Assembly (NCBI GenBank): GCA_035400625.1
Contig: DAOMZT010000001.1
Location: forward strand, 210,001-242,000
DNA length: 32,000 nt
DNA from: an archaeon
GTDB taxonomy: Archaea; Iainarchaeota; Iainarchaeia; Iainarchaeales; CSSED10-239
Direction of reading: 5' to 3'
Both the position numbers and the translations under genes were made by a program. The notes beneath the pieces are model-generated. The model worked only from the letters and a program-made list of their open reading frames with translations, ran no database searches and was not told the origin of the DNA. Positions 1 through 9,133 of this stretch are shown in pieces (within the stretch, counting starts at the first letter, position 1; each line of letters starts with the position of its first letter).

Positions 1-386
1 TGCTCTTTAGTTTGAGACATTACTCCGTCTTTTGAAGCAACGACTAAAACAGCAGCATCAGATTGAGCAGTACCAGTAATCATGTTCTTGACATAGTCTT
101 GGTGGCCAGGAGCATCAATTACTGTGAAACTATATTTATCAGATTCTAATTTTTTATAGTTAACATCAATTGTAATTCCTCTATCTCTTTCTTCTTTAGT
201 TACATCCATCATGTATGCGAAAGCAAAGGTTCCTTTTCCTTTTTCTTCAGCTAATGCTTGTAACTTTCTATAATCTTGGTCACTTAAGTTTTTTGTGTCG
301 AACATCAAACGACCAACTGTTGTTGATTTACCGTGATCAATGTGACCAATAAAAACAACATTGATTTTTGGTTTTGGTGAAGCCAT
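1..386 (-). CDS. tuf: translation elongation factor aEF-1 alpha (EF-Tu family GTPase), N-terminal part; the gene runs off the window start
   Basis: Reverse-strand translation from the ATG at 386-384 reads [30 protein letters not shown]...[19 protein letters not shown]. It carries the G1 (GHIDHGKST) and G3 (DAPGH) GTPase motifs. GGAGG (plus-strand cctcc, 394-398) lies 7 nt upstream. It is absent from the ORF track because it is truncated by the window edge. Confidence 0.93.
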   Translation of the reverse strand, partial: MASPKPKINVVFIGHIDHGKSTTVGRLMFDTKNLSDQDYRKLQALAEEKGKGTFAFAYMMDVTKEERDRGITIDVNYKKLESDKYSFTVIDAPGHQDYVKNMITGTAQSDAAVLVVASKDGVMSQTKE

Positions 387-642
387 ATATATTCCTCCTT
401 GTTTTTTTTACAGATTTTCTTTAAAAATTATAATCAAAATCTATTGCAATTTAAAGGTCTTTGTATGCAATTGACTTTATTAAATTATATATAATATAGA
501 AGGTAAAACTTTATAAATGGATAATCTGCTATATTCCAAACTTTATTTTGAGATTTTATTTGAATAACATAAAAATCATAATCTATATAAAATAAATTAC
601 CCTTAAATTATATATTATTTGCAATAAAAGAAGATCAGAAAA

Positions 643-1701
643 ATGGAAATTGAATTAATTCAGATAATATTGATTATTTGTATTGCTATAGTGTTTGGGG
701 TAATTTTTGCCTTTATTAATTTAAAGAGAAAAATCACAAGGCCAGTAACTAAAGAACAAAATTCTTGGCAAAAAATAGAAGCACTAAACGATCAGAAAAA
801 AGAGCTACTTAAAAAAAAAGAAGAGCTGTCTTACAAGTATAGTGCAAGAAGCATTAGTGACGATGTATATTCTAGCGATTTAAAAAATATTACATCTGAG
901 CTTTTAAAAATAGATAATGAAATAAATAACGAAGTTTCTAAATTAACAGAGCTACAAAAAATGCAGGACAATAATAGTGATCAAAAATCTCAAAATATAA
1001 AGCTTAAAGGCGAGCTTAACGAAATCAAACTAGAAAGAGATAATCTGAAAAACAGAATAAACGAACTTGAAGAAATTATAAAAAACATTTCTGGAACAAA
1101 AAACCTTTCGCCATCTATTAAAGACAATTTTCAAAATAAATATTATGAACAAATTTTAGACAAATATAAAGAACTGATTAATAAGCAAGAACAAAAAACA
1201 ATAGCCCAAATAAAAGAAACAGTTAACCCAAATGATTTGACAATAAAAAGCATAATCTCAAAACACAAGCCAGTAGGGTATGAATATAACAAGGACTATT
1301 TAGAAATACTTAGAAAGATTTATTCGTTTTTAGATGCAGAGATTGAAGTTGTAAAAACAGATGTTAAGGTATTATATTGGCTTGATGCAACAGAGATTTT
1401 AAAAAACAAAATTGCAGACGAACAAGATATTTCTGCTCTTTTGTGTTCTGCAATGCAAGGGTTAAATGATCAAGAGGCGCAAGTTTATGTTGTGCTTTTA
1501 GAGGATGATAACACCCATGCCTTTGTCAAGACAAAATATAAAAACCAATATTTTATATTCGATTTAGCACAAAAAGGGCCATTTGAGATGTTTACAAATA
1601 CTGATGAAAAGAAACTATTAGAAGATTACAAGTATAATGGTTTGAAAATTAAAAAAATAATATATCGCTATAATCAAAATAGCTACATAGATACAGAATA
1701 A
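643..1701 (+). CDS. membrane-anchored coiled-coil protein with a possible transglutaminase-like C-terminal domain (hypothetical)
   Basis: The ORF is 352 aa. It has an N-terminal hydrophobic helix (IQIILIICIAIVFGVIFAFI) and a long K/E/N-rich coiled-coil-like middle. The C-terminal globular part shows Cys...His...Asp spacing (LLCSAMQG / NTHAFV / FIFDLA) reminiscent of transglutaminase-like cysteine protease folds. The product call is inference only. Confidence 0.55.
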   Translation: MEIELIQIILIICIAIVFGVIFAFINLKRKITRPVTKEQNSWQKIEALNDQKKELLKKKEELSYKYSARSISDDVYSSDLKNITSELLKIDNEINNEVSKLTELQKMQDNNSDQKSQNIKLKGELNEIKLERDNLKNRINELEEIIKNISGTKNLSPSIKDNFQNKYYEQILDKYKELINKQEQKTIAQIKETVNPNDLTIKSIISKHKPVGYEYNKDYLEILRKIYSFLDAEIEVVKTDVKVLYWLDATEILKNKIADEQDISALLCSAMQGLNDQEAQVYVVLLEDDNTHAFVKTKYKNQYFIFDLAQKGPFEMFTNTDEKKLLEDYKYNGLKIKKIIYRYNQNSYIDTE

Positions 1702-1708
1702 GAAGAAC

Positions 1709-2797
1709 ATGAAAAAACTAGAAGTAACAAGCACAGCTTTTTTTTATATAATTAAAGAACTACAAGAAGAAATTTTAGGCGGGTATATTAATAACCTTCA
1801 ACTTGTTAATCATGAAGACAATAATCTGATTAAAATAAAGATACATAAGAAAAAAACAAAAGAACTGATTGTGTCCCCAAACATCTTGTTTTTAACAGAA
1901 CTTGCCTATCCTGTTAATCCAGAAAGTGGAGGGCTTATTAAGTTTCTTAAAAAGAAACTATATAATCAGAAGATACAAGAAATTAAACAAGACAAAAACA
2001 ACAGAGTTGTATATTTCAAATTAGATGATTATTATCTTGTCTTTGAGTTTTTTAGTAATTCTAACATCATACTTACTGATTTGGATTTTAAAGTAATAAC
2101 ATCCAAACAAAAAGAAGAATGGAAAGATAGGATTATTAAGAAAAATGAAATATATTCTTTTCCTCAAGGAAAAGAAATTGTTAAAAAAACAGAAAAAGAA
2201 CTGCTTGATGAAATAAAAGATAAAGACCTTAAAGCAACAATAAGCTATTTTGTAAAAGAATATAACATCTACCCTGGTTATATAAACAAAGAAAAAACAC
2301 AAGAAGAAATTGTTAAAAAAATAAAAGAAATATATGATTGTGAAACGCCAGCCTTGGTTCTTGAAAAAGGAAGAAACGAAGATGAGATTTTGGTTTTAGT
2401 AGCTATTGGAAAAGAAAAACAAGAGCCTTTTGATTTTTTTAAAATCATCTCAGAGACCTTAGCAGAAAAGCTTAAAACAGAAGAAACAGTCACTGAGAAA
2501 AAAAGCAAAAACAAAAATGTTTCTATTCTTGAAAGCCAAATAAAGACAAGAAAAGAATATGAAAAGATAGCTAATGACTTGCAAAAAGAAGGCGAAAAGA
2601 TATATGAGTATTTTCAAATAATTGAAATTATAAATGAACAGATAAGGCTAGCAAGAAACAAAAAGATAGCACCAGATGAGATTATAAAAAAATTAAACGA
2701 GTACTTCTCAAAAAACCAAAAAGAACTTAGTATCAAAAGCATTGATACAAAAGAGAGAAGCTATGTTCTTGAGATAAAAGAACAGTCTGAAAGTTAA
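1709..2797 (+). CDS. NFACT-N domain protein (Rqc2/FbpA-like ribosome quality control family), short form without a recognisable NFACT-R/DUF814 part
   Basis: The N-terminus (LEVTSTAFFYIIKELQEEILGGYINNLQ ... NNRVVYFKLDDYYLVFEFFSNSNIILTD) follows the NFACT-N pattern as remembered (DRIV-x-F-x-F ... L-I-x-E-L-x-G-x-x-N-I-I-L). It is followed by a K/E-rich coiled coil. The gene starts 8 nt after the preceding gene. Confidence 0.65.
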   Translation: MKKLEVTSTAFFYIIKELQEEILGGYINNLQLVNHEDNNLIKIKIHKKKTKELIVSPNILFLTELAYPVNPESGGLIKFLKKKLYNQKIQEIKQDKNNRVVYFKLDDYYLVFEFFSNSNIILTDLDFKVITSKQKEEWKDRIIKKNEIYSFPQGKEIVKKTEKELLDEIKDKDLKATISYFVKEYNIYPGYINKEKTQEEIVKKIKEIYDCETPALVLEKGRNEDEILVLVAIGKEKQEPFDFFKIISETLAEKLKTEETVTEKKSKNKNVSILESQIKTRKEYEKIANDLQKEGEKIYEYFQIIEIINEQIRLARNKKIAPDEIIKKLNEYFSKNQKELSIKSIDTKERSYVLEIKEQSES

Positions 2798-2835
2798 GAA
2801 AAAATTAACAATTAAAGAAAGAGAAGGAAAGAACT

Positions 2836-3114
2836 TTAATTAAAAGTTCCATCGTCTTTTGTTAATAGTATTTTTTCATCAATTACAAAAACATCAGAAA
2901 CTGCAATTACACTTCTGTAAGGGATTTCTAGAAGATTGCCTTGAACATCTAATTGCTTAACTACTTTTGAAGAAGGATCGATTTCAACTAATAAAGCCTC
3001 TATCTCTCCAGATACTTCGTTAACCATTAAATCGACAAGTCTTCCGATATTGTCTCCTCTATTTGTTATTAATTTCTTTGTTGCAAGTTGTCTTGCTATT
3101 GCGTATTTGTACAT
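2836..3114 (-). CDS. PRC-barrel domain protein
   Basis: This 92-aa ORF (LITNRGDNIGRLVDLMVNEVSGEIEALLVEID...LEIPYRSVIAVSDVFVID) matches the typical stand-alone archaeal PRC-barrel pattern: G-x-x-I-G-x-V-x-D-l-x-x-d-x-x-x-G-x-I-x-x-L-v-v. Confidence 0.65.
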   Translation of the reverse strand: MYKYAIARQLATKKLITNRGDNIGRLVDLMVNEVSGEIEALLVEIDPSSKVVKQLDVQGNLLEIPYRSVIAVSDVFVIDEKILLTKDDGTFN

Positions 3115-3253
3115 GTTTTTTAACCTCTCTTTTATTATTATCTTATAAAAATATTATATATTTCAATTTATATTGTTAGGCGATTAATATATATATGTTT
3201 CGATTTATATTGGTTTACTAAAAAGTTTAAAAAAGTTTGGAAAATTAACCGTT

Positions 3254-4540
3254 CTAAATTATCACTTGCCCGTTTTGAATGAAAAAATGCTTTTTTGAAA
3301 GAACTGTTATTACTTTGCCACTTCTGTTCTTGAAGCTTATTGTTTGCTTAGTTTTGTCTACTGCTATGACCTCGCCAATCCACACACCATATTTTGAAAC
3401 AACTGGCAGGCCAACCAATAATTCCGTTATATCTTTTGTGATATCAAATACATTTGTTATTTTGTATAATACAAATAGGAATATAAACGAGATGAAAATT
3501 ACTGTAATCAACATACGCATGCTTGCCTCTCCAAGAACAAATTGCATTGCTAAATCTAATAAACCCAAAAATACAAATGTAGAAATTATTCCAAATATTG
3601 CACGACCGAGCTTGTATAATGCTCGAGAATAAAATAAATCAATAATATTTCCAACAATATAAGAAACAATACAAAATACCAAATACAAAAGTATTGCTCT
3701 CAAAACATAAATTATTCTTTGCCAAAGAACAAAAGAATCGTTAGCTAAAAAAAGGTTAACCCCTGTAATCCCTGCATATATCAAGAAAAAAACACTAGCA
3801 ACATAAAATGGAAAACTAATCTTTGTGATTGAAAATTTAGATAAAACTGAGTTGACTAATTTGGCAATCTTTGATTCTAAATGGAACCCTTTGACTAAGA
3901 AAACAACCCCTAATACTAATGCAATAATTTGAAATGCATAGGCTTTAAAAAAGAAAAACAATAGCAAAATAATAGCAGGTATGCCAAATATAATTCTTGA
4001 AAAAGCAGGATCTTTTATTGCTTTCTTAATTGTATAATATGTGCTTTCTATTGCTTGGGATTGCCTAACAATAACTACCTCTTTAGAAATTATTGGACCA
4101 AAGTTTTGAACTATCGGTATTACCTGTTCATCTTCAGCACCATCAGTTATTAGAACAAAAGCACTTGCTGGAAAATCTTCTAAAACCTGTTTTAATTGCA
4201 AAGCAATACTTTTATCTGCAAAAAACAAATTCTCTTTAGAATGCCCTGTAATTGTTGCAACCTCAACAACATAATCTTTTTTAAGTTCAGAATATTTTTT
4301 TAAAACCGCAAAAATTGCATTTGCATCTGATTCTTCAGGGTCTTTAAGTAACAGATCTGTCGCTACCTTTAGATTATTTTCATAACCAACAATTGGCCCA
4401 GAAACGCCTATTTTCTTGCCAATGTCATTATCTCTATCAACTGTAAGTATAAGTATATGTTCTTGTGCTGGTTGCACTTTTGGCTCAACTGCCATCGCTA
4501 CTTCGTCAGGTTTAGCTTTTTTTCTTGTTTCTTTTGCCAA
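3254..4540 (-). CDS. DUF373-like archaeal integral membrane protein
   Basis: The ORF is 428 aa. Its soluble N-terminal domain (ILILTVDRDNDIGKKIGVSGPIVGYENNLKVATDLLLKDPEESDANAIFAVLK) resembles the DUF373 family and is followed by about 6-7 hydrophobic helices. The stop codon is TAG. Confidence 0.65.
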   Translation of the reverse strand: MAKETRKKAKPDEVAMAVEPKVQPAQEHILILTVDRDNDIGKKIGVSGPIVGYENNLKVATDLLLKDPEESDANAIFAVLKKYSELKKDYVVEVATITGHSKENLFFADKSIALQLKQVLEDFPASAFVLITDGAEDEQVIPIVQNFGPIISKEVVIVRQSQAIESTYYTIKKAIKDPAFSRIIFGIPAIILLLFFFFKAYAFQIIALVLGVVFLVKGFHLESKIAKLVNSVLSKFSITKISFPFYVASVFFLIYAGITGVNLFLANDSFVLWQRIIYVLRAILLYLVFCIVSYIVGNIIDLFYSRALYKLGRAIFGIISTFVFLGLLDLAMQFVLGEASMRMLITVIFISFIFLFVLYKITNVFDITKDITELLVGLPVVSKYGVWIGEVIAVDKTKQTISFKNRSGKVITVLSKKHFFIQNGQVII

Positions 4541-4669
4541 AGACGTTACCTCTTATTAATTTTTACAAGGTAAAAGATTAATAAATGTTCTATCTATAAT
4601 TTATATAGGATTTTATAGATAAAAGTATTTAAAAGAATATCTAAATCAGAAAAAGCAAACTGTGAAAAA

Positions 4670-5632
4670 ATGGAAGAACAAAAACTAAAAAACATTTTTT
4701 TTGGAATAATAATTTTTGGGATTTTATTAGTTGGCACCATATTTTTCATAATGGACGAACAGCTAAAACAAATTGTTTTGATTGTACTGATAATTGTTGC
4801 TTTTATATATTTGTTATTTAGTGCAAATATTATACTGAGATTAAAAGATTATGAAAGAGCAGTGATTTTCAGGTTTGGAAGAGTAAATAGAGTTGGAGGG
4901 CCTGGCTGGACACTTGTCTTGCCATTTGTTGAAAAGTATTCTTATGTTACTTTAAGAACACAGGTTGTTGATGTGCCAGTCCAACAAATAATTACAAAAG
5001 ACAACATTAAAGTCACAATAGATGCTATTCTTTTTTTGTCTATAGAAAACACAAAAGAAAGCATTATCAATTCTGTTGTAAAAGTTGAAGACTATAAAAA
5101 AGCAGCCTCCTATTTTGTAATTGCAATGTTAAGAGACATACTTGGTGAATTTGTCTTAACAGACGTTATATCTAATACGGAAAGTATAAACAAAAAAATA
5201 ACAGAAGAAATAAAAAACGTTGCAAAAGAATGGGGGATAAAAGTTAACTCTGTTGAAATAAAAGACCTACAAATACCTGATGAGATTGTAGAATCTATGC
5301 ACAAGCAAAAGGCAGCTGTTCAAAAGAAGCTTGCAATATTTGAAGAAGCAGAATCTGAGAAAGCAAAGATTAATGCAATAAGAGAAGCAACAGAAGGCCT
5401 TTCAGACAAAACAATATTATATTATTATATTAAGGCACTTGAAAAGGTTGGAGAAGGCCAGTCATCAAAGATTATCTTTCCAATGGAACTTACAAGCCTT
5501 TTACAAAACATCTCAGAAAAGATCAACTCAGGAAATCCCAAGATAAACGCAAAAGAAAGAAAAGAACTTACAGAATATTTGCCAGTAATACAAAGTTACT
5601 TAGAAAAGAATGAAAAGAAAAAAAGAAAATAA
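4670..5632 (+). CDS. SPFH/band-7 (stomatin/prohibitin-like) membrane protein
   Basis: Two N-terminal hydrophobic helices are followed by ERAVIFRFGRVNRVGGPGWTLVLPFVEKYSYVTLRTQVVDVPVQQIITKDNIKVTIDAILF, a canonical SPFH core. Confidence 0.9.
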   Translation: MEEQKLKNIFFGIIIFGILLVGTIFFIMDEQLKQIVLIVLIIVAFIYLLFSANIILRLKDYERAVIFRFGRVNRVGGPGWTLVLPFVEKYSYVTLRTQVVDVPVQQIITKDNIKVTIDAILFLSIENTKESIINSVVKVEDYKKAASYFVIAMLRDILGEFVLTDVISNTESINKKITEEIKNVAKEWGIKVNSVEIKDLQIPDEIVESMHKQKAAVQKKLAIFEEAESEKAKINAIREATEGLSDKTILYYYIKALEKVGEGQSSKIIFPMELTSLLQNISEKINSGNPKINAKERKELTEYLPVIQSYLEKNEKKKRK

Positions 5633-6256
5633 TTATTTCTTTTTTATTTTTGACTTTGGTGGAAATGCCTTAAGAAAAGCATTTTCAAAATCTTCTAGTT
5701 TTTTGAAATTTGTTGCTAGCTTTTTATTTGCAATATCTACAATTAGCTTTAGATATTCTTCTGAGATAAGTTGTTTATTATTAATTTTTATGAGAGTAGA
5801 CATAAACACAGTGTGGGTCACTTCACAAGTAAAGCGCCCTTCTTTTGCACTGATTATGCCTGCTTTTTTAAGCCCTTGCTCTCTACAAAAATCTAAAATT
5901 TCTTTGGCCTTAGCGTAATCTTTTGTTGCAAAATGGAAAATAAATGGTTCGATTTTTAACCAAAGATAACCAGTATTAAAATTATTTATGTCTCTTTTTA
6001 TTTCCTCAAAAGTCACAAGTCTATGATAGCGATTAACAAACCCAGAAACCTTTTTGTTCTCGTCTTCATCTCCGCCAAGAAGCAGTAATCTGCCTGAACA
6101 GCTACTAGAAGTGTAAATGTCTGGTATTTCAGTAACCTTTAAAAGGAAAGGAATAACAAGAGAATCAACTAGATCTTTTGATATTGCATCTTTAAGTGTT
6201 TGAGTGTGGTGCTTTTTTAACATAGCAAATCTGGAATCAATTAGCTGTTTATTCAT
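5633..6256 (-). CDS. taw3: tRNA wybutosine/wyosine-derivative methyltransferase Taw3 (TYW3 family)
   Basis: It contains YTSSSCSGRLLLL, which matches the conserved (S/T)xSSCxGR motif of TYW3/Taw3. The start was placed at the ATG at 6256 (MNKQLIDSRF). The ORF-track start at 6322 is a TTG inside an AT-rich TATA-like region (tttataaat). Confidence 0.78.
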   Translation of the reverse strand: MNKQLIDSRFAMLKKHHTQTLKDAISKDLVDSLVIPFLLKVTEIPDIYTSSSCSGRLLLLGGDEDENKKVSGFVNRYHRLVTFEEIKRDINNFNTGYLWLKIEPFIFHFATKDYAKAKEILDFCREQGLKKAGIISAKEGRFTCEVTHTVFMSTLIKINNKQLISEEYLKLIVDIANKKLATNFKKLEDFENAFLKAFPPKSKIKKK

Positions 6257-6360
6257 GCTTAATCGCCTAGGGTAAATTTTGATTAGATTTATAAATAATT
6301 TAGTATATATAATATATAGCAATAATAATATATTTGTTGCATTTTAAAATGTGAAAAATT

Positions 6361-7212
6361 ATGTTTAACAAAAAAATCATTTTTATAATATCTTTATTGT
6401 TTATTTTGCCAAGCATTCATGCTATACAAATGCTTGAGCCAATAATGACGGACATTTCTCCTAATAAAGCAATAGAGCTTGGAACTGTTGCACCGGGGGA
6501 ATATTTCATGATCAGTTTTTTCTTAGGGGTTGATGAGAAATATGATTTAATTACCACTGATAATTATGGCTCAAACTTTTTGTTCTTTGAAAACACACAA
6601 AAGACAAAAGAAAGCATATTTACTATTGTTAAAATTAAAGAAAATATCACAGGGGAACAACAAGTTAAAATTATTTTAAAAAATACAGAAACAGGAAAGA
6701 CAGAAAGTACATATATCAAAATGACTGTTGCAACAAATGTAATTTCTTCTTTTGTTTTGCCATATGAAAAGGAAACAAAGTTTGGCGCAAGAAAAGACAT
6801 AACAATCAAAGTAATAAACAAATCAATAACTACAAAAAAAATCACAATATCTTCTAATCTTCCAATAACTTGGTTTGATTCTAAAGATTCAGATATAAAA
6901 AAAGAAGTAACTGTTGTTTTACAGCCAAGCGATTCCATAGATGTTAATTATTCATTTATACCTAAAACAATTGGCGACAAAGAAATTCAATTGTTCATTT
7001 ATACTGATGCAGTTCCACAAACAGGCATTATACAGACAACAACCTTTTTTAAGAAAGTGTTGTTTGAAAGAAATGAAGAAACAATAAATTTGTTTATTAA
7101 AAAAGACTTGGCTGCCTTATATGCAGCAAACCTTTATAATTTTCCAACCTTTGCATTAAGTGCAATACCTGCATATTTTTTTAATAATATAATTAGAATT
7201 GTTTCTGAATAA
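6361..7212 (+). CDS. secreted/surface protein with beta-sandwich (CARDB-like) character, hypothetical
   Basis: It has a signal-peptide-like N-terminus (IIFIISLLFILPSIHA). The body is beta-rich with alternating patterns (ITIKVINKSITTKKITISS, VVLQPSDSIDVNYSFIPKTIGDKEIQLFIY), and the C-terminal tail is hydrophobic. Confidence 0.55.
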   Translation: MFNKKIIFIISLLFILPSIHAIQMLEPIMTDISPNKAIELGTVAPGEYFMISFFLGVDEKYDLITTDNYGSNFLFFENTQKTKESIFTIVKIKENITGEQQVKIILKNTETGKTESTYIKMTVATNVISSFVLPYEKETKFGARKDITIKVINKSITTKKITISSNLPITWFDSKDSDIKKEVTVVLQPSDSIDVNYSFIPKTIGDKEIQLFIYTDAVPQTGIIQTTTFFKKVLFERNEETINLFIKKDLAALYAANLYNFPTFALSAIPAYFFNNIIRIVSE

Positions 7213-7245
7213 TTCTCTTTTTTTAAAAAGGAGATTTAAAAAAAC

Positions 7246-8781
7246 ATGGACGAATTATATAAGAAAAGATTATCTAGTTATTTTAAAAAATGCGTTTCGT
7301 CTAAATTTACTAAACAGCAATTTGAAGCAAAGAAAGTTTCGTTTGCAAAAAAATATGGGCTTAAAAAAATCCCTTTAACTTCTGATGTTTTTTTAGCGCT
7401 TGGAATTGATAAGCCACCTGAATTTCTAATAACAAAGCCAGGAAGAACACAGTCAGGAGTAACTATTGTTGCAATCATGACAAGGCCCGGAGAGTGCCCA
7501 GGGAAATGCATATATTGTCCGACCTGGAAAAATGCACCTAAAAGCTATACTGGCTTTGAGCCGGCAAGCCTTAGGGCAAAACGAAATAATTTTGAGGCAA
7601 GAGCACAGATAAAAGACAGATTAAAACAATTAAAATCTACTGGGCACCCTATTAATAAAATAGAACTGATTATAATGGGCGGGACGTTCCCTGCAACACC
7701 AAAAAAATACCAAGACTATTTTGTAAAATCAATTTTTCAAGAAATCACAGATTCAAAAGATACAGAACTTGACTTAAACAAACTTAAAAAAAAGGCAATG
7801 AGCTCCAAGAACAGAATTGTTGGGATTACCTTTGAGACAAGGCCTGATTTTTGTGATAAAAAAACAATCAAGAGGTTGCTAGATTATGGCGGTACCAGAG
7901 TTGAGCTTGGGGCACAGATAATAGATGATAAGGTTTTAGATTTTGTAAATAGAGGGCATAAGGTAAAAGAAATAATCAAAGCAACTAAGGAACTAAAAGA
8001 TGCTGGATTTAAAGTGTTGTATCATGTTATGCTCGGGCTTCCTGGTAGTGATTATAAAAAAGACCTAGAGTGCTTTAAAGAAATATTTACTAACCCTGAT
8101 TTTAAACCAGATATGATAAAAATCTATCCCTGCCTAGTAATTGGAGGAACTAAACTAGAGAAAATGTATTACTCAGGAGAATATAAGGCACTAGAACTTG
8201 AAAAAACTGTTAAGCTAATTGCAGATATTAAAGAGATTGTGCCTAAGTGGGTTAGAATAATGAGAATACAAAGAGACATACCTGCAACAAAAATAATCGC
8301 AGGTATTAAGAAAAGCAATCTTAGACAGCTTGTAGAAGAAGAATTAAAAAGACGCAAGAAAGAATGTAATTGTATTAGATGCAAAGAACCAAAAGGGCAA
8401 CTTAAAAATACAAAAGGATATGTTATAAAGAAAGAAGAATATTTTGCATCAAGTGGAAAAGAAATATTTCTGTATGCTGAAAAAAACAAATATTTGCTTG
8501 GGTTTATAAGGCTAAGATATCCTAATAACCCGTACATTAAACAAATAACTAAAAAAACAGCAATAGTTAGAGAATTACATGTTTATGGTCAAACAACAGC
8601 ATTTGATGAACAAAACATACAACATAGAGGGATAGGAAAAAAACTATTAAAAGAAGCAGAAAATTTAGCAAAAAAAGAGGGCTATAACAAGATAGTAATA
8701 ATTAGTGGAGTGGGGGTTAGAGAATATTATAAAAAACAAGGATATTTTCTATCAGAACCTTATATGATTAAAAACATTTAA
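7246..8781 (+). CDS. elp3: Elp3-family tRNA uridine(34) modification radical SAM/GNAT acetyltransferase
   Basis: The radical-SAM cysteine triad is present (ECPGKCIYCP), together with an Elp3-type TIM-barrel region (GITFETRPDF, RVELGAQ). The C-terminal GNAT motif is QHRGIGKKLLKEAENLAKKEG. GGAG precedes the ATG. Confidence 0.92.
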   Translation: MDELYKKRLSSYFKKCVSSKFTKQQFEAKKVSFAKKYGLKKIPLTSDVFLALGIDKPPEFLITKPGRTQSGVTIVAIMTRPGECPGKCIYCPTWKNAPKSYTGFEPASLRAKRNNFEARAQIKDRLKQLKSTGHPINKIELIIMGGTFPATPKKYQDYFVKSIFQEITDSKDTELDLNKLKKKAMSSKNRIVGITFETRPDFCDKKTIKRLLDYGGTRVELGAQIIDDKVLDFVNRGHKVKEIIKATKELKDAGFKVLYHVMLGLPGSDYKKDLECFKEIFTNPDFKPDMIKIYPCLVIGGTKLEKMYYSGEYKALELEKTVKLIADIKEIVPKWVRIMRIQRDIPATKIIAGIKKSNLRQLVEEELKRRKKECNCIRCKEPKGQLKNTKGYVIKKEEYFASSGKEIFLYAEKNKYLLGFIRLRYPNNPYIKQITKKTAIVRELHVYGQTTAFDEQNIQHRGIGKKLLKEAENLAKKEGYNKIVIISGVGVREYYKKQGYFLSEPYMIKNI

Positions 8782-8795
8782 GACAATGATTATTT

Positions 8796-9116
8796 ATGAG
8801 TGATAATAAAAACAATTTAATTAAAATGTTTACTGAAGAGCCTAAACTATTAGATGTTGTAAACTCCAATGAACACATGGCTGTTTTGAATATTTTAGAA
8901 CAAAATAGTGCTGATTTTCTTAACCTAAAAAAGGATTTATTGAAATACATATATATTAAAAAAGATATTATATTATATAATATATTAGAATCCCTTATTC
9001 AAAAGGACTTAATCAAAAAAATAGGGGTAAATGAAAACAAAGTTTATTACATTACAGAAAAAGGCAAAAAATTCATTAATTTGTACAAAGACACAAAAAA
9101 AGAATTTGAAATATGA
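8796..9116 (+). CDS. small winged-helix DNA-binding protein (ArsR/MarR-like), hypothetical
   Basis: This 106-aa ORF has the pattern AVLNILEQNSADFLNLKKDL...ILESLIQKDLIKKIGVNENKVYYITEKGKKF, typical of a wHTH with a wing. The stop codon is TGA. Confidence 0.5.
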   Translation: MSDNKNNLIKMFTEEPKLLDVVNSNEHMAVLNILEQNSADFLNLKKDLLKYIYIKKDIILYNILESLIQKDLIKKIGVNENKVYYITEKGKKFINLYKDTKKEFEI

Positions 9117-9133
9117 TAAAAAGGTGATTTTAA

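Noticed and set aside
2021-2514. Antisense ORFs 2021-2302 and 2278-2514. The same applies to 3279-3632, 5110-5304, 5610-5918, 6564-6938, 7278-7511, 8169-8537, 8768-8950, 9009-9191, 9565-9822, 11589-11774, 11777-12058, 14948-15133, 20828-21148, 25819-26025, 27694-27999, 29152-29352, 30191-30832 and 30959-31405.
   Set aside because: All lie opposite longer ORFs with clear family motifs or strong coding character. Their translations are F/L/S/I/C-rich low-complexity strings, typical of the reverse complement of K/E/N-rich genes. None has a recognisable motif or RBS.
3161-3213. Direct repeat tttcAatttatattgT / tttcGatttatattgG (14 of 16 positions, 37 bp apart) upstream of the PRC-barrel gene
   Set aside because: It probably reflects duplicated TATA-like promoter sequence in low-complexity A/T DNA. 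There is no further structure or associated feature.
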